The notes below the pieces were generated by a model, which saw nothing but the letters and a program-made list of their open reading frames with translations, had not been told where the DNA came from and did no database searches. The translations under genes were made by a program, and so were the position numbers. This document shows positions 50,840-64,000 of a stretch of DNA of 64,000 bases, piece after piece. Source of the DNA: Auanema rhodensis (taxonomy: Eukaryota; Animalia; Nematoda); the NCBI GenBank assembly GCA_964057225.1, contig OZ059900.1, forward strand, positions 26,412,001 through 26,476,000, given 5' to 3'. How positions within the stretch are numbered: the stretch's first letter is position 1; every line of letters begins with the position of its first letter.

Positions 50840-51854
50840 GTTGTGGAAAAAATGAGAGCAATGTGGTTTGTTTTAATTTTTTTTTCTTTGGCTTTCGAAT
50901 TTTCTCTTTTATACCATTTATTGAACTGTCTGTTAAGATAATGATTTATGGAAAATTGTAAATAGATTGTAAAATTGTCAAGTTTATTAATTCATAATGC
51001 ATGTACGCAAACGCTTCAAAAGAATCAATTGCACCCCAAGTGTATCATGCATTTGTTTCTGACACATGTCTCATTTTAGTATGAGAGTATTTGATGTATG
51101 CCGCCACAACTCTGCTTATAGCAATCTTTTTTGGTTTCGAGAATATTTTCTGTTTGTAGATTTTGTTGATTGAAGATGAAAACAACTGGATATTTATAAA
51201 TTTTTAATATTTGCTTTTCCATAATTTATGTTTTATATTCGCTACAACAATTTCTGTTTTCATATTTGCATTTCATTTATTATTTAAAACTTTACGAATG
51301 GATATTTTTCACGAATGTATACAAGCAAAATTCCAGTTATGAATATTTGGTTTTCCTAAATGAGAAAGACCATTTTTGAAAAAAGGCTTTTCATGGAAGA
51401 AACTCTTCCATCAATTAATGTAATTAAATGAACTTTCGATTGGGAAAAATCTTCCATTAATTGATTGCACTGCTGTTTTGAATCATAAATAATTTTAAAT
51501 AATTATCGATCTATTAGCTTTTGAGAAAATTGTTCAGATCGAAAAGTCACTTACATAAAAATTCTATGACAATCAACAAGTTTTGCCGATAAGTGACATG
51601 ATATTCATTTATTATTATTGCGTTTAGCATAATCAAAAAAAGATTAAAAAATTTTGAGTTGTTCAAACTCTCTTACTGTTCATATAAGAATTTTGTTATT
51701 TGAAAAACTTTGTTTTATTATTTTATCACGTGTTGTTAAGATGACAATGTATTCTGTTTTGTTCAGCTCTTATTTGGTATCCGTAACTTAAAATCTGTGA
51801 GTTAATTTGTATTGTTCAGTTTCAGCTTTTGACAGATTTTGTTACCGCTGCCAG

Positions 51855-53826
51855 ATGATGTCTGCTGTTTGTCCTACTTTGAGAGTATTTGAAAACATGG
51901 AAGATCGATATGTGGGTTCTGTTCAAATTATATTCAGAAATTTTTTTTCAAAATTAGGCATTAACACAGAAAAATAGCTTCGACAGAATAAGCAAGTTAT
52001 TGCAATGGAATGATGGAGACAATTTAGCTATTGTTCTTTGTAGCTCTATACTTTTAAAATACGGCAGTATACATAAAGAAGTTCTTCAAAACTTTAAAGA
52101 ACTACCTGATATTTTGATGAAAATGTACATAGTGAAGGTGAGAAAAAAATTTAATTCAGAACTTAATTCTACTATTCATTCTGGAATCATTTGCAGAAAG
52201 ACATTGTTTGTAACCCATTTCTCTCCAATGAAGAAAAAATCAATCTTCTCACATTTTATCTTCTCACCCTACAATTTTCACGTTCAATGATATACATTTT
52301 CCAAATTCTGATGTTTAGAAATTAATTCTACGTGCCTAAATCTAAAGATTGAAACGTTGAAAAAACTTCCAATTGATATAAGAGAAATTTTATTGTTGTG
52401 GGTGAGTGTATCTCAAACGATTGAAAAATAATTGAAATTTTTACAGATTGTTTTGGAAACTATATGCGATTGTCCTTGTTTTAAAAAAAACAACAACATA
52501 ATATTTGCTTTCTTAGAAGACGAGCTGTTCCATTCAGAAACCATAGATAAAACGGTATAAACTAACTTAAGTCATAAAGACAGGTTTATATTTATTCCAG
52601 AATAAGCTAAATGACTTCATTCTGCTTTTTTTCCAGCAATTGGTCGTAAGAATGTCTGAACAGAAGGTAAACATTTTTTCAAAAAATCTTATTGATGAAA
52701 ACAAGACATCTTGTGTATGTGGATTACAATGGACGAAATTTGAAGACAGTTTCGCTAAATGGAAACTAGCAAGTCAACAGGAAGTCAATAATTTGAGGTC
52801 GAACTAACTTTTTTCTTTGATAATTTTTTGCTTTTCAGAAATGGAAGATTAGTTTATGCTTGTGTCAAAACAAGATATAAATTTATGAGATGGAAAAAAG
52901 TTTTTATTCATAGTAAAAATCGAAATAAGTCGTTCTATAAAGTGACAACCGAAAGGCATGGAATTCCAAGCAGAGACTGTATTCCTCTATGCGAATCTTG
53001 TTTGATTTATAGAATTCATTCAGAGACCAACCTGCGGTTTGAATTTTTTTCACAAAAAATTCAAACCGCAGGTTGGTCTCTGAATGAATGTATGCAATTA
53101 AACTATCAGAATGCTACAAAACATATAAAAGAGTTCACAAAAATGATGAACGAAGCAATAAACCCGTCGAGTGATCGAGAAAAGGTTAGAGTCTATGTAT
53201 TAATTGGACCTTCGAGGACTGGAAAGAGCTACTTCGCGAAGAAATTTCTAGGAACTGAAAACACATACTTCTGCTCTGCTGATTGCACTAACTACTTCCA
53301 AGGTTTGCCAGATGTTATTTCATATTGAGCACAAAATTCAGATTATAAAAGTCAAAGGAATATAATAATCGATGAAGTTGACCAGTTTGGAAAAAAAGGA
53401 TACATGTCTGGCAAACAACTATTATTGCTCTGCAATGACGGACCTTGTCGACTCAATGTGAAATTTAGCAGTGTTCAGATCATAGCTACAAAAATATTCT
53501 TGATTTCTAACAGACCTATCGACGAATGGTTTCCGAATGATACCATAACAGTTAAGCTAAATTACGAAACAGTTGTATTTTATTAATTGTTTTACTAACA
53601 GGAGGAAGCTTTTACAAATCGTATACACTGGAAGGGAAAAGCCACACGACAAAGAGAACAACCACATTGGAGCCATGGAGCAGCGATGGCCGAGGTATTG
53701 CGCTATAATGAGCAGGATATTGAAGAAGAGCCTCACGTTTTTTTTAATGTAACATACTCATGGAAAAAATATGTTCTTAGTTTAATGTTTCTGTTTGTCA
53801 ATGACAAAAATCTTGTCTGTTTCTAA
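51855..53826 (+). pseudogene. CRESS-Rep-like gene B, copy 2
   Basis: Copy of 42436-44407. Confidence 0.8.
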
Positions 53827-54378
53827 ATTTATGACATAGAAAAAATTTAAAATCTTGTCTGCTCCTAAATTTATGAGATGGAAAAAAGTTTTTATTCATA
53901 GTAAAAATTGAAATAAGTCGTTCTATAAAACTGAAAGTGACAACCGAAAGGCATGGAATTCCAAGCAGAGACTGTATTTCTCTAGTTGTGTAGTCTAGTT
54001 TTATTTTTCAGTTTAAATAGTTCACCGGTAAAATGTGTACCTTCCTGAGACTTGTTCGATGTACATTTCACCTGTGAAATGTGACTACGAATGAAAATCA
54101 GGTAGTTGTTTTTTTAAAATCAAAATAAGGTAGTTGTTTTTTTAAAATCAAAATAAGGTAGTTGTTTTTTTTAAATCAAAATAAGGTAGTTGTTTTTTTT
54201 AAATCAAAATAAGGTAGCTGTTCTTTAAAGTTTAACTAATGAAATAAAGTGTTAAATAACAACATAAGTCTATTCACACTCATGAATAATAAACCTCAGT
54301 TTTAACAGTTGACCGGTAAAATGTGTACCTTTTTCATACTTGTTCGATGCACGTTTCACCGGTAAAATGTGCACCTTC

Positions 54379-57300
54379 CGCGCCTAAATCAAATATTTTC
54401 ATCAAGGTTAGGTGAACAGTATTTATATCCAGATACACCAGATTTGATTGTAAGTTGTGTGCATAGAACATACCAGAATCGCAAGCCCCTACAATGTTCA
54501 CGTTCAATGTTATACATTTTCCAAATTCTGATGTTTAGGAATTAATTCTACGTGCCTAAATCAAAATACTTCTATCAAAGTTTTGAAAAGTGTTTTTATA
54601 TTTAGATAGACCACAATTGATTGCTAGCCGTATTTACAAAAAAGACTAGAATCCCAAGCCCCTACAATTTTTATGTTCAATAAAGTACATTTTTAAATAT
54701 CTGATGTTCACAGAATATTTCTACGCGCCTAAATCAAAATACTTCCATCAAGGTAGTGAAAGATGTTTTTATATCCAGATACACCAGATTTGATTGTAAG
54801 TTGTGTGCATAGAACATACCAGAATCGCAAGCCTCTACAATTTTCACGTTCAATGATGTACATTTTTCAAATTCTGATGTTTAGGAATTAATTGTACGTG
54901 CCTAAATCAAAATACTTCCATCAAAGTTCTGAAAGGTGTATTTATATTCAGATACAACAGATTTGATTGTAAGTTGTGTGCATAGAACATACCAGAATCG
55001 CAAGCCCCTACAATGTTCACGTTCAATGATGTACATTTTCCAAATTCTGATGTTTAGGAATTAATTCTATGTGCCTAAATCAAAATACTTTCATCAAGGT
55101 TGTGAAAGATGTTTTTATATCCAGATACACCAGATTTGATTGTAAGCTGTGCGCACAGAACATACCAGAATCGCAAGCCCCTACAATTTGCACGTTCAAT
55201 GATGTACGTTTTCCAAATTCTGATGTTTAGGAATTAATTGTACGTGCCTAAATCAAAATACTTCCATCAAAGTTCTGAAAGGTGTATTTATATTCAGATA
55301 GACCACAATTGATTGCTAGCCGTATTCACAAAAGAGACTAGAATCCCAAGCCCCTACAATTTTTATGTTCAATAAAGTACATTTTTAAATATCTGATGTT
55401 CACAGAATATTTCTACGCGCCTAAATTAAAATATTTTCATCAATGTTGAGTGAACAGTATTTATATCCATATACACCAGATTTGATTATAAGTTGTGTGC
55501 ATAGAACATAACAGAATCGCAAGCCCCTACAATTTTCACGTTCAATGATGTTCATTTTCAAATTTCTGATGTTCACAGAATATTTCTACGCGCCTAAATC
55601 AAAATACTTCCATCAAGGTAGTGAAAGATGTTTTTATATCCAGATACACCAGATTTGATTGTAAGTTGTGTGCATAGAACATACCAGAATCGCAAGCCCC
55701 TACAATTTTCACGTTCAATGATATACATTTTCCAAATTCTGATGTTTAGAAATTAATTCTACGTGCCTAAATCAAAATACTTCCATCAAGGTAGTGAAAG
55801 ATGTTTTTATATCCAGATACACCAGATTTGATTGTAAGTTGTGTGCATAGAACATACCAGAATCGCAAGCCTCTACAATTTTCACGTTCAATGATCTACA
55901 TTTTCCAAATTCTGATGTTTAGGAATTAATTGTACGTGCCTAAATCAAAATACTTCCATCAAAGTTCTGAAAGGTGTATTTATATTCAGATAGACCACAA
56001 TTGATTGCTAGCCGTATTTACAAAAGAGACTAGAATCCCAAGCCCCTACAATTTTTATGTTCAATAAAGTACATTTTTAAATATCTGATGTTCACAGAAT
56101 ATTTCTACGCGCCTAAATCAAAATATTTTCAACAATGTTGAGTGAACAGTATTTATATCCATATACACCAGATTTGATTGTAAGTTGTGTGCATAGAACA
56201 TACCAGAATCGCAAGTTCCTACAATTTTCACGTTCAATGATATACATTTTCCAAATTCTGATGTTTAGAAATTAAATCTACGTGCCTAAATCAAAATACT
56301 TCCATCAAGGTAGTGAAAGATGTTTTTATATCCAGATACACCAGATTTGATTGTAAGTTGTGTGCATAGAACATACCAGAATCGCAAGCCTCTACTATTT
56401 TCACGTTCAATGATCTACATTTTCCACATTCTGATGTTTAGGAATTAATTGTACAAGCCTAAATCAAAATACTTCCATCAAAGTTCTGAAAGGTGTATTT
56501 ATATTCAGATAGACCACAATTGATTGCTAGCCGTATTTACAAAAGAGACTAGAATCCCAAGCCCCTACAATTTTTATGTTCAATAAAGTACATTTTTAAA
56601 TATCTGATGTTCACAGAATATTTCTACGCGCCTAAATCAAAATATTTTCATCAATGTTGAGTGAACAGTATTTATATCCATATACACCAGATTTGATTGT
56701 AAGTTGTGTGCATAGAACATACCAGAATCGCAAGCCCCTACAATTTTCACGTTCAATGATATACATTTTCCAAATTCTGATGTTTAGGAATTAATTCTAC
56801 GTGCCTAAATCAAAATACTTCCATCAAGGTAGTGAAAGATGTTTTTATATCCAGATACACCAGATTTGATTAAAAGTTGTGTGCATAGAACATACCAGAA
56901 TCGCAAGCCCCTACAATTTTCACGTTCAATGATATACATTTTCCAAATTCTGATGTTTAGGAATTAATTCTACGTGCCTAAATCAAAATACTTCCATCAA
57001 GGTTGTGAAAGATGTTTTTATATCCAGATACACCAGATTTGATTGTAAGCTGTGCGCACAGAACATACCAGAATCGCAAGCCCCTACAATTTGCACGTTC
57101 AATGATGTACGTTTTCCAAATTCTGATGTTTAGGAATTAATTGTACGTGCCTAAATCAAAATACTTCCATCAAAGTTCTGAAAGGTGTATTTATATTCAG
57201 ATAGACCACAATTGATTGCTAGCCGTATTCACAAAAGAGACTAGAATCCCAAGCCCCTACAATTTTTATGTTCAATAAAGTACATTTTTAAATATCTGAT

Positions 57301-57546
57301 GTTCACAGAATATTTCTACGCGCCTAAATCAAAATATTTTCATCAATGTTGAGTGAACAGTATTTATATCCAGATACACCAGATTTGATTGTAAGTTGTG
57401 TGCACAAAAGGTACTAGAATCGAAAGCCCCTCCAATTTTTTTGTTCAATGATGTACATTTTTTAAATTCTGATGTCCACAAAATAGTTCTACGTGCCTAA
57501 ATCAAAATGTTTCTATCAATGTTAGGTGAAGTGTATATATATCCAT
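54379..57546. repeat. 173-bp satellite spacer
   Basis: Same monomer. Confidence 0.95.
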
Positions 57547-58830
57547 TAATATTACTCTTCATTGCGAGTGGTAATATATTTTTTGGAAAAAAGTTTTCAA
57601 AAACCTTCATTAAAATTTATGTTTTTGTTTCAAGTTATCGCTCATTTCTCATGAATTTTGTTTGTGTTCAATTTTTCCGGAAAAAAAATAAAACAATTTT
57701 GGTTCAATATGATGGTTTATTAAAACAAAAAAGTAACAAATAAGAAAAATTAAATTATGTTTTTTTCGTGATGTTGTATGTTTCACTTATTATTCCTCCG
57801 ACTCTGCTATTGATCAGATCTTTAATGAGTTTGAAGCTTCTTCCGTGTTGAAGTAAGAAGTTGGATGGTATTGAAATTGGTAGAATTTTCGGATTCTGGT
57901 AACATTGCATATTTTGAAACTCGTATATATGGATCATTTCATGAAGCAGGACACTAATCAACAATTTTCTGTCGTTAGAAAATTTATGTTCACCTTTTTT
58001 CGTTTGTGGTTGAGAACTTTCGAAAAAATGATTGCAGAACAAAGTTAAGAGAATGTGATTATTGTTTCGCACTGTTTCTGCTAGTTTCGTTGAACATCTG
58101 TGCATAACATTGCAATAAATCTTGATAGGGAAGCCAAATATTGATCCAGCAAAAAAGTGGAAGTCCAAGTATTTGCACATTTCTCTTATTTTGTCTTTGT
58201 CTGTGGCATAAGTAGGGCACAGCTGTTTCTCCATGATATTAGTCATTATATCAGCAAAAGAATCGGTTGTTAGAACAGGCAATTCCAGATGTAACGAGGA
58301 ATAATCGTATACCGCAGCTCCTTCTGCCTTTTCCAACTTTTCATATTCTTCTTGCGGTAATTCTTGGAATGTTCTTTTTATCCCTGACTGACATGAAAGG
58401 ACAAAGCAGATTTCGAAAACGTAAGTGCTTCTCACTTTTTTCTCCTTTGATAATTTGAAAAGAGTATTCATTCTCAATAAAAAAAACATATATTATTTGA
58501 CATTAAAATCTTACTTTTGGAATTGAGTGAGGAATGTTGTTTTTTCACTTTGATTCGACCGAGTCTCCAAGCTCTTCAAGTTGAAAATGACAAATAAGTT
58601 GAAAGCGCTACACGTATCACGCTTAATTTTCATTTATCAAACTTGAGTAGCGGTTGTTCACGAGTTGAATGAATTTGATTTTTTTCTTCTCAGTTTGCAA
58701 TTTATTATTTATATCGCATGTTTTAGGAAATGTAGCACATTATTCTAGGAAAAAAATGAAGATTTTAGAATATTTAATTTTTCATAAAAATCGAACGAAA
58801 TAGCAAGTTGAGCCCGCCGCAAAACATGAT
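57547..58830. mobile_element. Cassette copy 3, partial and more diverged, running into the 168-bp satellite
   Basis: Same left junction and SprT gene. It lacks both the 104-bp insert and the 26-bp deletion. Confidence 0.55.
57755..58633 (-). CDS. SprT-like (Spartan/GCNA-type) HEXXH zinc metalloprotease, intact
   Basis: YLDFHFFAGSI...LISVLLHEMIH...QHGRSFK..IN fits the SprT pattern. The main exon is secure, while the ATG at 58633 and two 5' introns are tentative. Confidence 0.8.
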
Positions 58831-61800
58831 AAATGTGTTTCTGTGCTGACGAATTTTGTTTCATTGTTTTAATTGACTAATTCTGAGTTGAATGAAATGT
58901 AGCACATTATTCTAGGACCAAAAATGAAAATTTTAGAATATTCAATTTTTCATAAAAATCGAACGAAATAGCAAGTTGAGCCCGCCGCAAAACATGATAA
59001 ATGTGTTTCTGTGCTAACGAATTTTGTTTCATTGTTTTAATTGACTAATTCTGAGTTGAATGAAATGTAGCACATTATACTAGGACCAAAAATGAAAATT
59101 TTAGAATATTTAATTTTTCATAAAAATCGAACGAAATAGCAAGTTGAGCACGCCGCAAAACATGATAAATGTGTTTCTATGCTAACGAATTTTGTTTCAT
59201 TGTTTTAATTGGCTAATTCTGAGTTGAATGAAGTGTAGCACATTATTCTAGGACCAAAAATGAAAATTTTAGAATATTCAATTTTTCATAAAAATCGAAC
59301 GAAATAGCAAGTTGAGCCCGCCGCAAAACATGATAAATGTGTTTCTGTGCTAACGAATTTTGTTTCATTGTTTTAATTGGCTAATTCTGAGTTGAATGAA
59401 ATGTAGCACATTATTCTAGGACCAAAAATGAAAATTTTAGAATATTTAATTTTTCATAAAAATCGAACGAAATAGCAAGTTGAGCCCGCCGCAAAACATG
59501 ATAAATGTGTTTCTATGCTAACGAATTTTGTTTCATTGTTTTAATTGGCTAATTCTGAGTTGAATGAATTGTAGCACATTATTCTAGGACCAAAAATGAA
59601 AATTTTAGAATATTTAATTTTTCATAAAAATCGAACGAAATAGCAAGTTGAGCCTGCCGCAAAACATGATAAATGTGTTTCTGTGCTAACGAATTTTGTT
59701 TCATTGTTTTAATTGACTAATTCTGAGTTGAATGAAATGTAGCACATTATACTAGGACCAAAAATGAAAATTTTAGAATATTTAATTTTTCATAAAAATC
59801 GAACGAAATAGCAAGTTGAGCACGCCGCAAAACATGATAAATGTGTTTCTATGCTAACGAATTTTGTTTCATTGTTTTAATTGGCTAATTCTGAGTTGAA
59901 TGAAGTGTAGCACATTATTCTAGGACCAAAAATGAAAATTTTAGAATATTCAATTTTTCATAAAAATCGAACAAAATAGCAAGTTGAGCCCGCCGCAAAA
60001 CATGATAAATGTGTTTCTGTGCTAACGAATTTTGTTCCATTGTTTCAATTGGCTAATTCTGAGTTGAATGAAATGTAGCACATTATTCTAGGACCAAAAA
60101 TGAAAATTTTAGAATATTTAATTTTTCATAAAAATCGAACGAAACAGCAAGTTGAGCCCGCCGCAAAACATGATAAATGTGTTTCTGTGCTAACGAATTT
60201 TGTTTATTGTTTTAATTGGCTAATTCTGAGTTGAATGAAATGTAGCACATTATTCTAGGACCAAAAATGAAAATTTTAGAATATTTAATTTTTCATAAAA
60301 ATCGAACGAAACAGCAAGTTGAGCCCGCCGCAAAACATGATAAATGTGTTTCTGTGCTAACGAATTTTGTTTCATTGTTTTAATTGACTAATTCTGAGTT
60401 GAATGAAATGTAGCACATTATACTAGGACCAAAAATGAAAATTTTAGAATATTTAATTTTTCATAAAAATCGAACGAAATAGCAAGTTGAGCACGCCGCA
60501 AAACATGATAAATGTGTTTCTATGCCAACGAATTTTGTTTCATTGTTTTAATTGGCTAATTCTGAGTTGAATGAAGTGTAGCACATTATTCTAGGACCAA
60601 AAATGAAAATTTTAGAATATTCAATTTTTCATAAAAATCGAACGAAATAGCAAGTTGAGCCCGCCGCAAAACATGATAAATGTGTTTCTGTGCTAACGAA
60701 TTTTGTTTCATTGTTTTAATTGGCTAATTCTGAGTTGAATGAAATGTAGCACATTATTCTAGGACCAAAAATGAAAATTTTAGAATATTCAATTTTTCAT
60801 AAAAATCGAACGAAATAGCAAGTTGAGCCCGCCGCAAAACATGATAAATGTATTTCTGTGCTAACGAAATTTGTTTCATTGTTTTAATTGACTAATTCTG
60901 AGTTGAATGAAATGTAGCACATTATACTAGGACCAAAAATGAAAATTTTAGAATATTTAATTTTTCATAAAAATCGAACGAAACAGCAAGTTGAGCCCGC
61001 CGCAAAACATGATAAATGTGTTTCTGTGCTAACGAATTTTGTTTCATTGTTTTAATTGGCTAATTCTGAGTTGAATGAAAAGTAGCACATTATTCTAGGA
61101 CCAGAAATGAAAATTTTAGAATATTTAATTTTTCATAAAAATCGAACGAAATAGCAAGTTGAGCCCGCCGCAAAACATGATAAATGTGTTTCTGTGCTAA
61201 CGAATTTTGTTTCATTGTTTTAATTGGCTAATTCTGAGTTGAATGAAATGTAGCACATTATTCTAGGACCAAAAATGAAAATTTTAGAATATTTAATTTT
61301 TCATAAAAATCGAACGAAACAGCAAGTTGAGCCCGCCGCAAAACATGATAAATGTGTTTCTGTGCTAACGAATTTTGTTCCATTGTTTAAATTGGCTAAT
61401 TCTGAGTTGAATGAAATGTAGCACATTATTCTAGGACCAAAAATGAAAATTTTAGAATATTTAATTTTTCATAAAAATCGAACGAAACAGCAAGTTGAGC
61501 CCGCCGCAAAACATGATAAATGTGTTTCTGTGCTAACGAATTTTGTTTCATTGTTTTAATTGACTAATTCTGAGTTGAATGAAATGTAGCACATTATTCT
61601 AGGACCAAAAATGAAAATTTTAGAATATTTAATTTTTCATAAAAATCGAACGAAACAGCAAGTTGAGCCCGCCGCAAAACATGATAAATGTGTTTCTGTG
61701 CTAACGAATTTTGTTCCATTGTTTAAATTGGCTAATTCTGAGTTGAATGAAATGTAGCACATTATTCTAGGACCAAAAATGAAAATTTTAGAATATTTAA

Positions 61801-64000
61801 TTTTTCATAAAAATCGAACGAAACAGCAAGTTGAGCCCGCCGCAAAACATGATAAATGTGTTTCTGTGCTAACGAATTTTGTTCCATTGTTTGAATTGGC
61901 TAATTCTGAGTTGAATGAAATGTAGCACATTATTCTAGGACCAAAAATGAAAATTTTAGAATATTTAATTTTTCATAAAAATCGAACGAAATAGCAAGTT
62001 GAGCCCGCCGCAAAACATGATAAATGTGTTTCTGTGCTAACGAATTTTGTTCCATTGTTTAAATTGGCTAATTCTGAGTTGAATGAAATGTAGCACATTA
62101 TTCTAGGACCAAAAATGAAAATTTTAGAATATTTAATTTTTCATAAAAATCGAACGAAATAGCAAGTTGAGCCCGCCGCAAAACATGATAAATGTGTTTC
62201 TATGCTAACGAATTTTGTTTCATTGTTTTAATTGACTAATTCTGAGTTGAATGAAATGTAGCACATTATACTAGGACCAAAAATGAAAATTTTAGAATAT
62301 TTAATTTTTCATAAAAATCGAACGAAATAGCAAGTTGAGCCCGCCGCAAAACATGATAAATGTGTTTCTATGCTAACGAATTTTGTTTCATTGTTTTAAT
62401 TGACTAATTCTGAGTTGAATGAAATGTAGCACATTATTCTAGGACCAAAAATGAAAATTTTAGAATATTTAATTTTTCATAAAAATCGAACGAAACAGCA
62501 AGTTGAGCCCGCCGCAAAACATGATAAATGTGTTTCTGTGCTAACGAATTTTGTTCCATTGTTTAAATTGGCTAATTCTGAGTTGAATGAAATGTAGCAC
62601 ATTATTCTAGGACCAAAAATGAAAATTTTAGAATATTTAATTTTTCATAAAAATCGAACGAAACAGCAAGTTGAGCCCGCCGCAAAACATGATAAATGTG
62701 TTTCTGTGCTAACGAATTTTGTTCCATTGTTTGAATTGGCTAATTCTGAGTTGAATGAAATGTAGCACATTATTCTAGGACCAAAAATGAAAATTTTAGA
62801 ATATTTAATTTTTCATAAAAATCGAACGAAATAGCAAGTTGAGCCCGCCGCAAAACATGATAAATGTGTTTCTGTGCTAACGAATTTTGTTCCATTGTTT
62901 AAATTGGCTAATTCTGAGTTGAATGAAATGTAGCACATTATTCTAGGACCAAAAATGAAAATTTTAGAATATTTAATTTTTCATAAAAATCGAACGAAAT
63001 AGCAAGTTGAGCCCGCCGCAAAACATGATAAATGTGTTTCTATGCTAACGAATTTTGTTTCATTGTTTTAATTGACTAATTCTGAGTTGAATGAAATGTA
63101 GCACATTATACTAGGACCAAAAATGAAAATTTTAGAATATTTAATTTTTCATAAAAATCGAACGAAATAGCAAGTTGAGCCCGCCGCAAAACATGATAAA
63201 TGTGTTTCTATGCTAACGAATTCTGTTCCATTGTTTAAATTGGCTAATTCTGAGTTGAATGAAATGTAGCACATTATTCTAGGACCAAAAATGAAAATTT
63301 TAGAATATTTAATTTTTCATAAAAATCGAACGAAATAGCAAGTTGAGCCCGCCGCAAAACATGATAAATGTGTTTCTATGCTAACGAATTTTGTTTCATT
63401 GTTTTAATTGACTAATTCTGAGTTGAATGAAATGTAGCACATTATTCTAGGACCAAAAATGAAAATTTTAGAATATTTAATTTTTCATAAAAATCGAACG
63501 AAACAGCAAGTTGAGCCCGCCGCAAAACATGATAAATGTGTTTCTGTGCTAACGAATTTTGTTCCATTGTTTAAATTGGCTAATTCTGAGTTGAATGAAA
63601 TGTAGCACATTATTCTAGGACCAAAAATGAAAATTTTAGAATATTTAATTTTTCATAAAAATCGAACGAAATAGCAAGTTGAGCCCGCCGCAAAACATGA
63701 TAAATGTGTTTCTGTGCTAACGAATTTTGTTCCATTGTTTAAATTGGCTAATTCTGAGTTGAATGAAATGTAGCACATTATTCTAGGACCAAAAATGAAA
63801 ATTTTAGAATATTTAATTTTTCATAAAAATCGAACGAAATAGCAAGTTGAGCCCGCCGCAAAACATGATAAATGTGTTTCTATGCTAACGAATTTTGTTT
63901 CATTGTTTTAATTGACTAATTCTGAGTTGAATGAAATGTAGCACATTATACTAGGACCAAAAATGAAAATTTTAGAATATTTAATTTTTCATAAAAATCG
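58728..64000. repeat. 168-bp tandem satellite (~31 monomers, runs off the window)
   Basis: gcccgccgcaaaacatg occurs at 58812 and 58980 and onward, a period of 168. Confidence 0.97.

Larger units (their letters stand above)
46571..54378. mobile_element. Cassette copy 2, nearly identical to copy 1
   Basis: All ORFs are shifted by exactly 9419 bp, with only isolated substitutions seen. Confidence 0.55.

Noticed and set aside
57507-57743. 78-aa plus-strand ORF at the copy 3 junction
   Set aside because: It starts in satellite DNA, has low complexity and is interrupted in copies 1 and 2.

Overview
AT-rich eukaryotic, repeat-dense DNA. The short 40-55 nt introns with tttcag/tttag acceptors suggest a nematode, but that is inference. 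(1) A 173-bp satellite occupies 1-9149 and the spacers further right. (2) A 25.5-kb Maverick/Polinton (9150-34658) is inserted in it, with ~1-kb TIRs and a 6-bp TSD. It carries an integrase, packaging ATPase, minor and major capsid genes, an adenain-like protease and a spliced pPolB. Its left arm is amplified as 4 x 2417 bp around a spliced D-box/Zn-finger gene. Its pPolB is broken by a CR1-like LINE that replaces the central exons. (3) The best candidate for an undescribed system is a ~7.8-kb cassette repeated with a 9419-bp period (2 full copies and 1 partial). It holds two divergently transcribed, intron-rich paralogous genes with CRESS-DNA-virus Rep-type SF3 helicase domains plus a SprT-like HEXXH metalloprotease. 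It has fixed satellite junctions and a TAATATTAC/hairpin at its left boundary. (4) A 168-bp satellite (58.7 kb to the end) grows out of the third cassette copy. All family calls come from reading motifs by eye, with no database searches.
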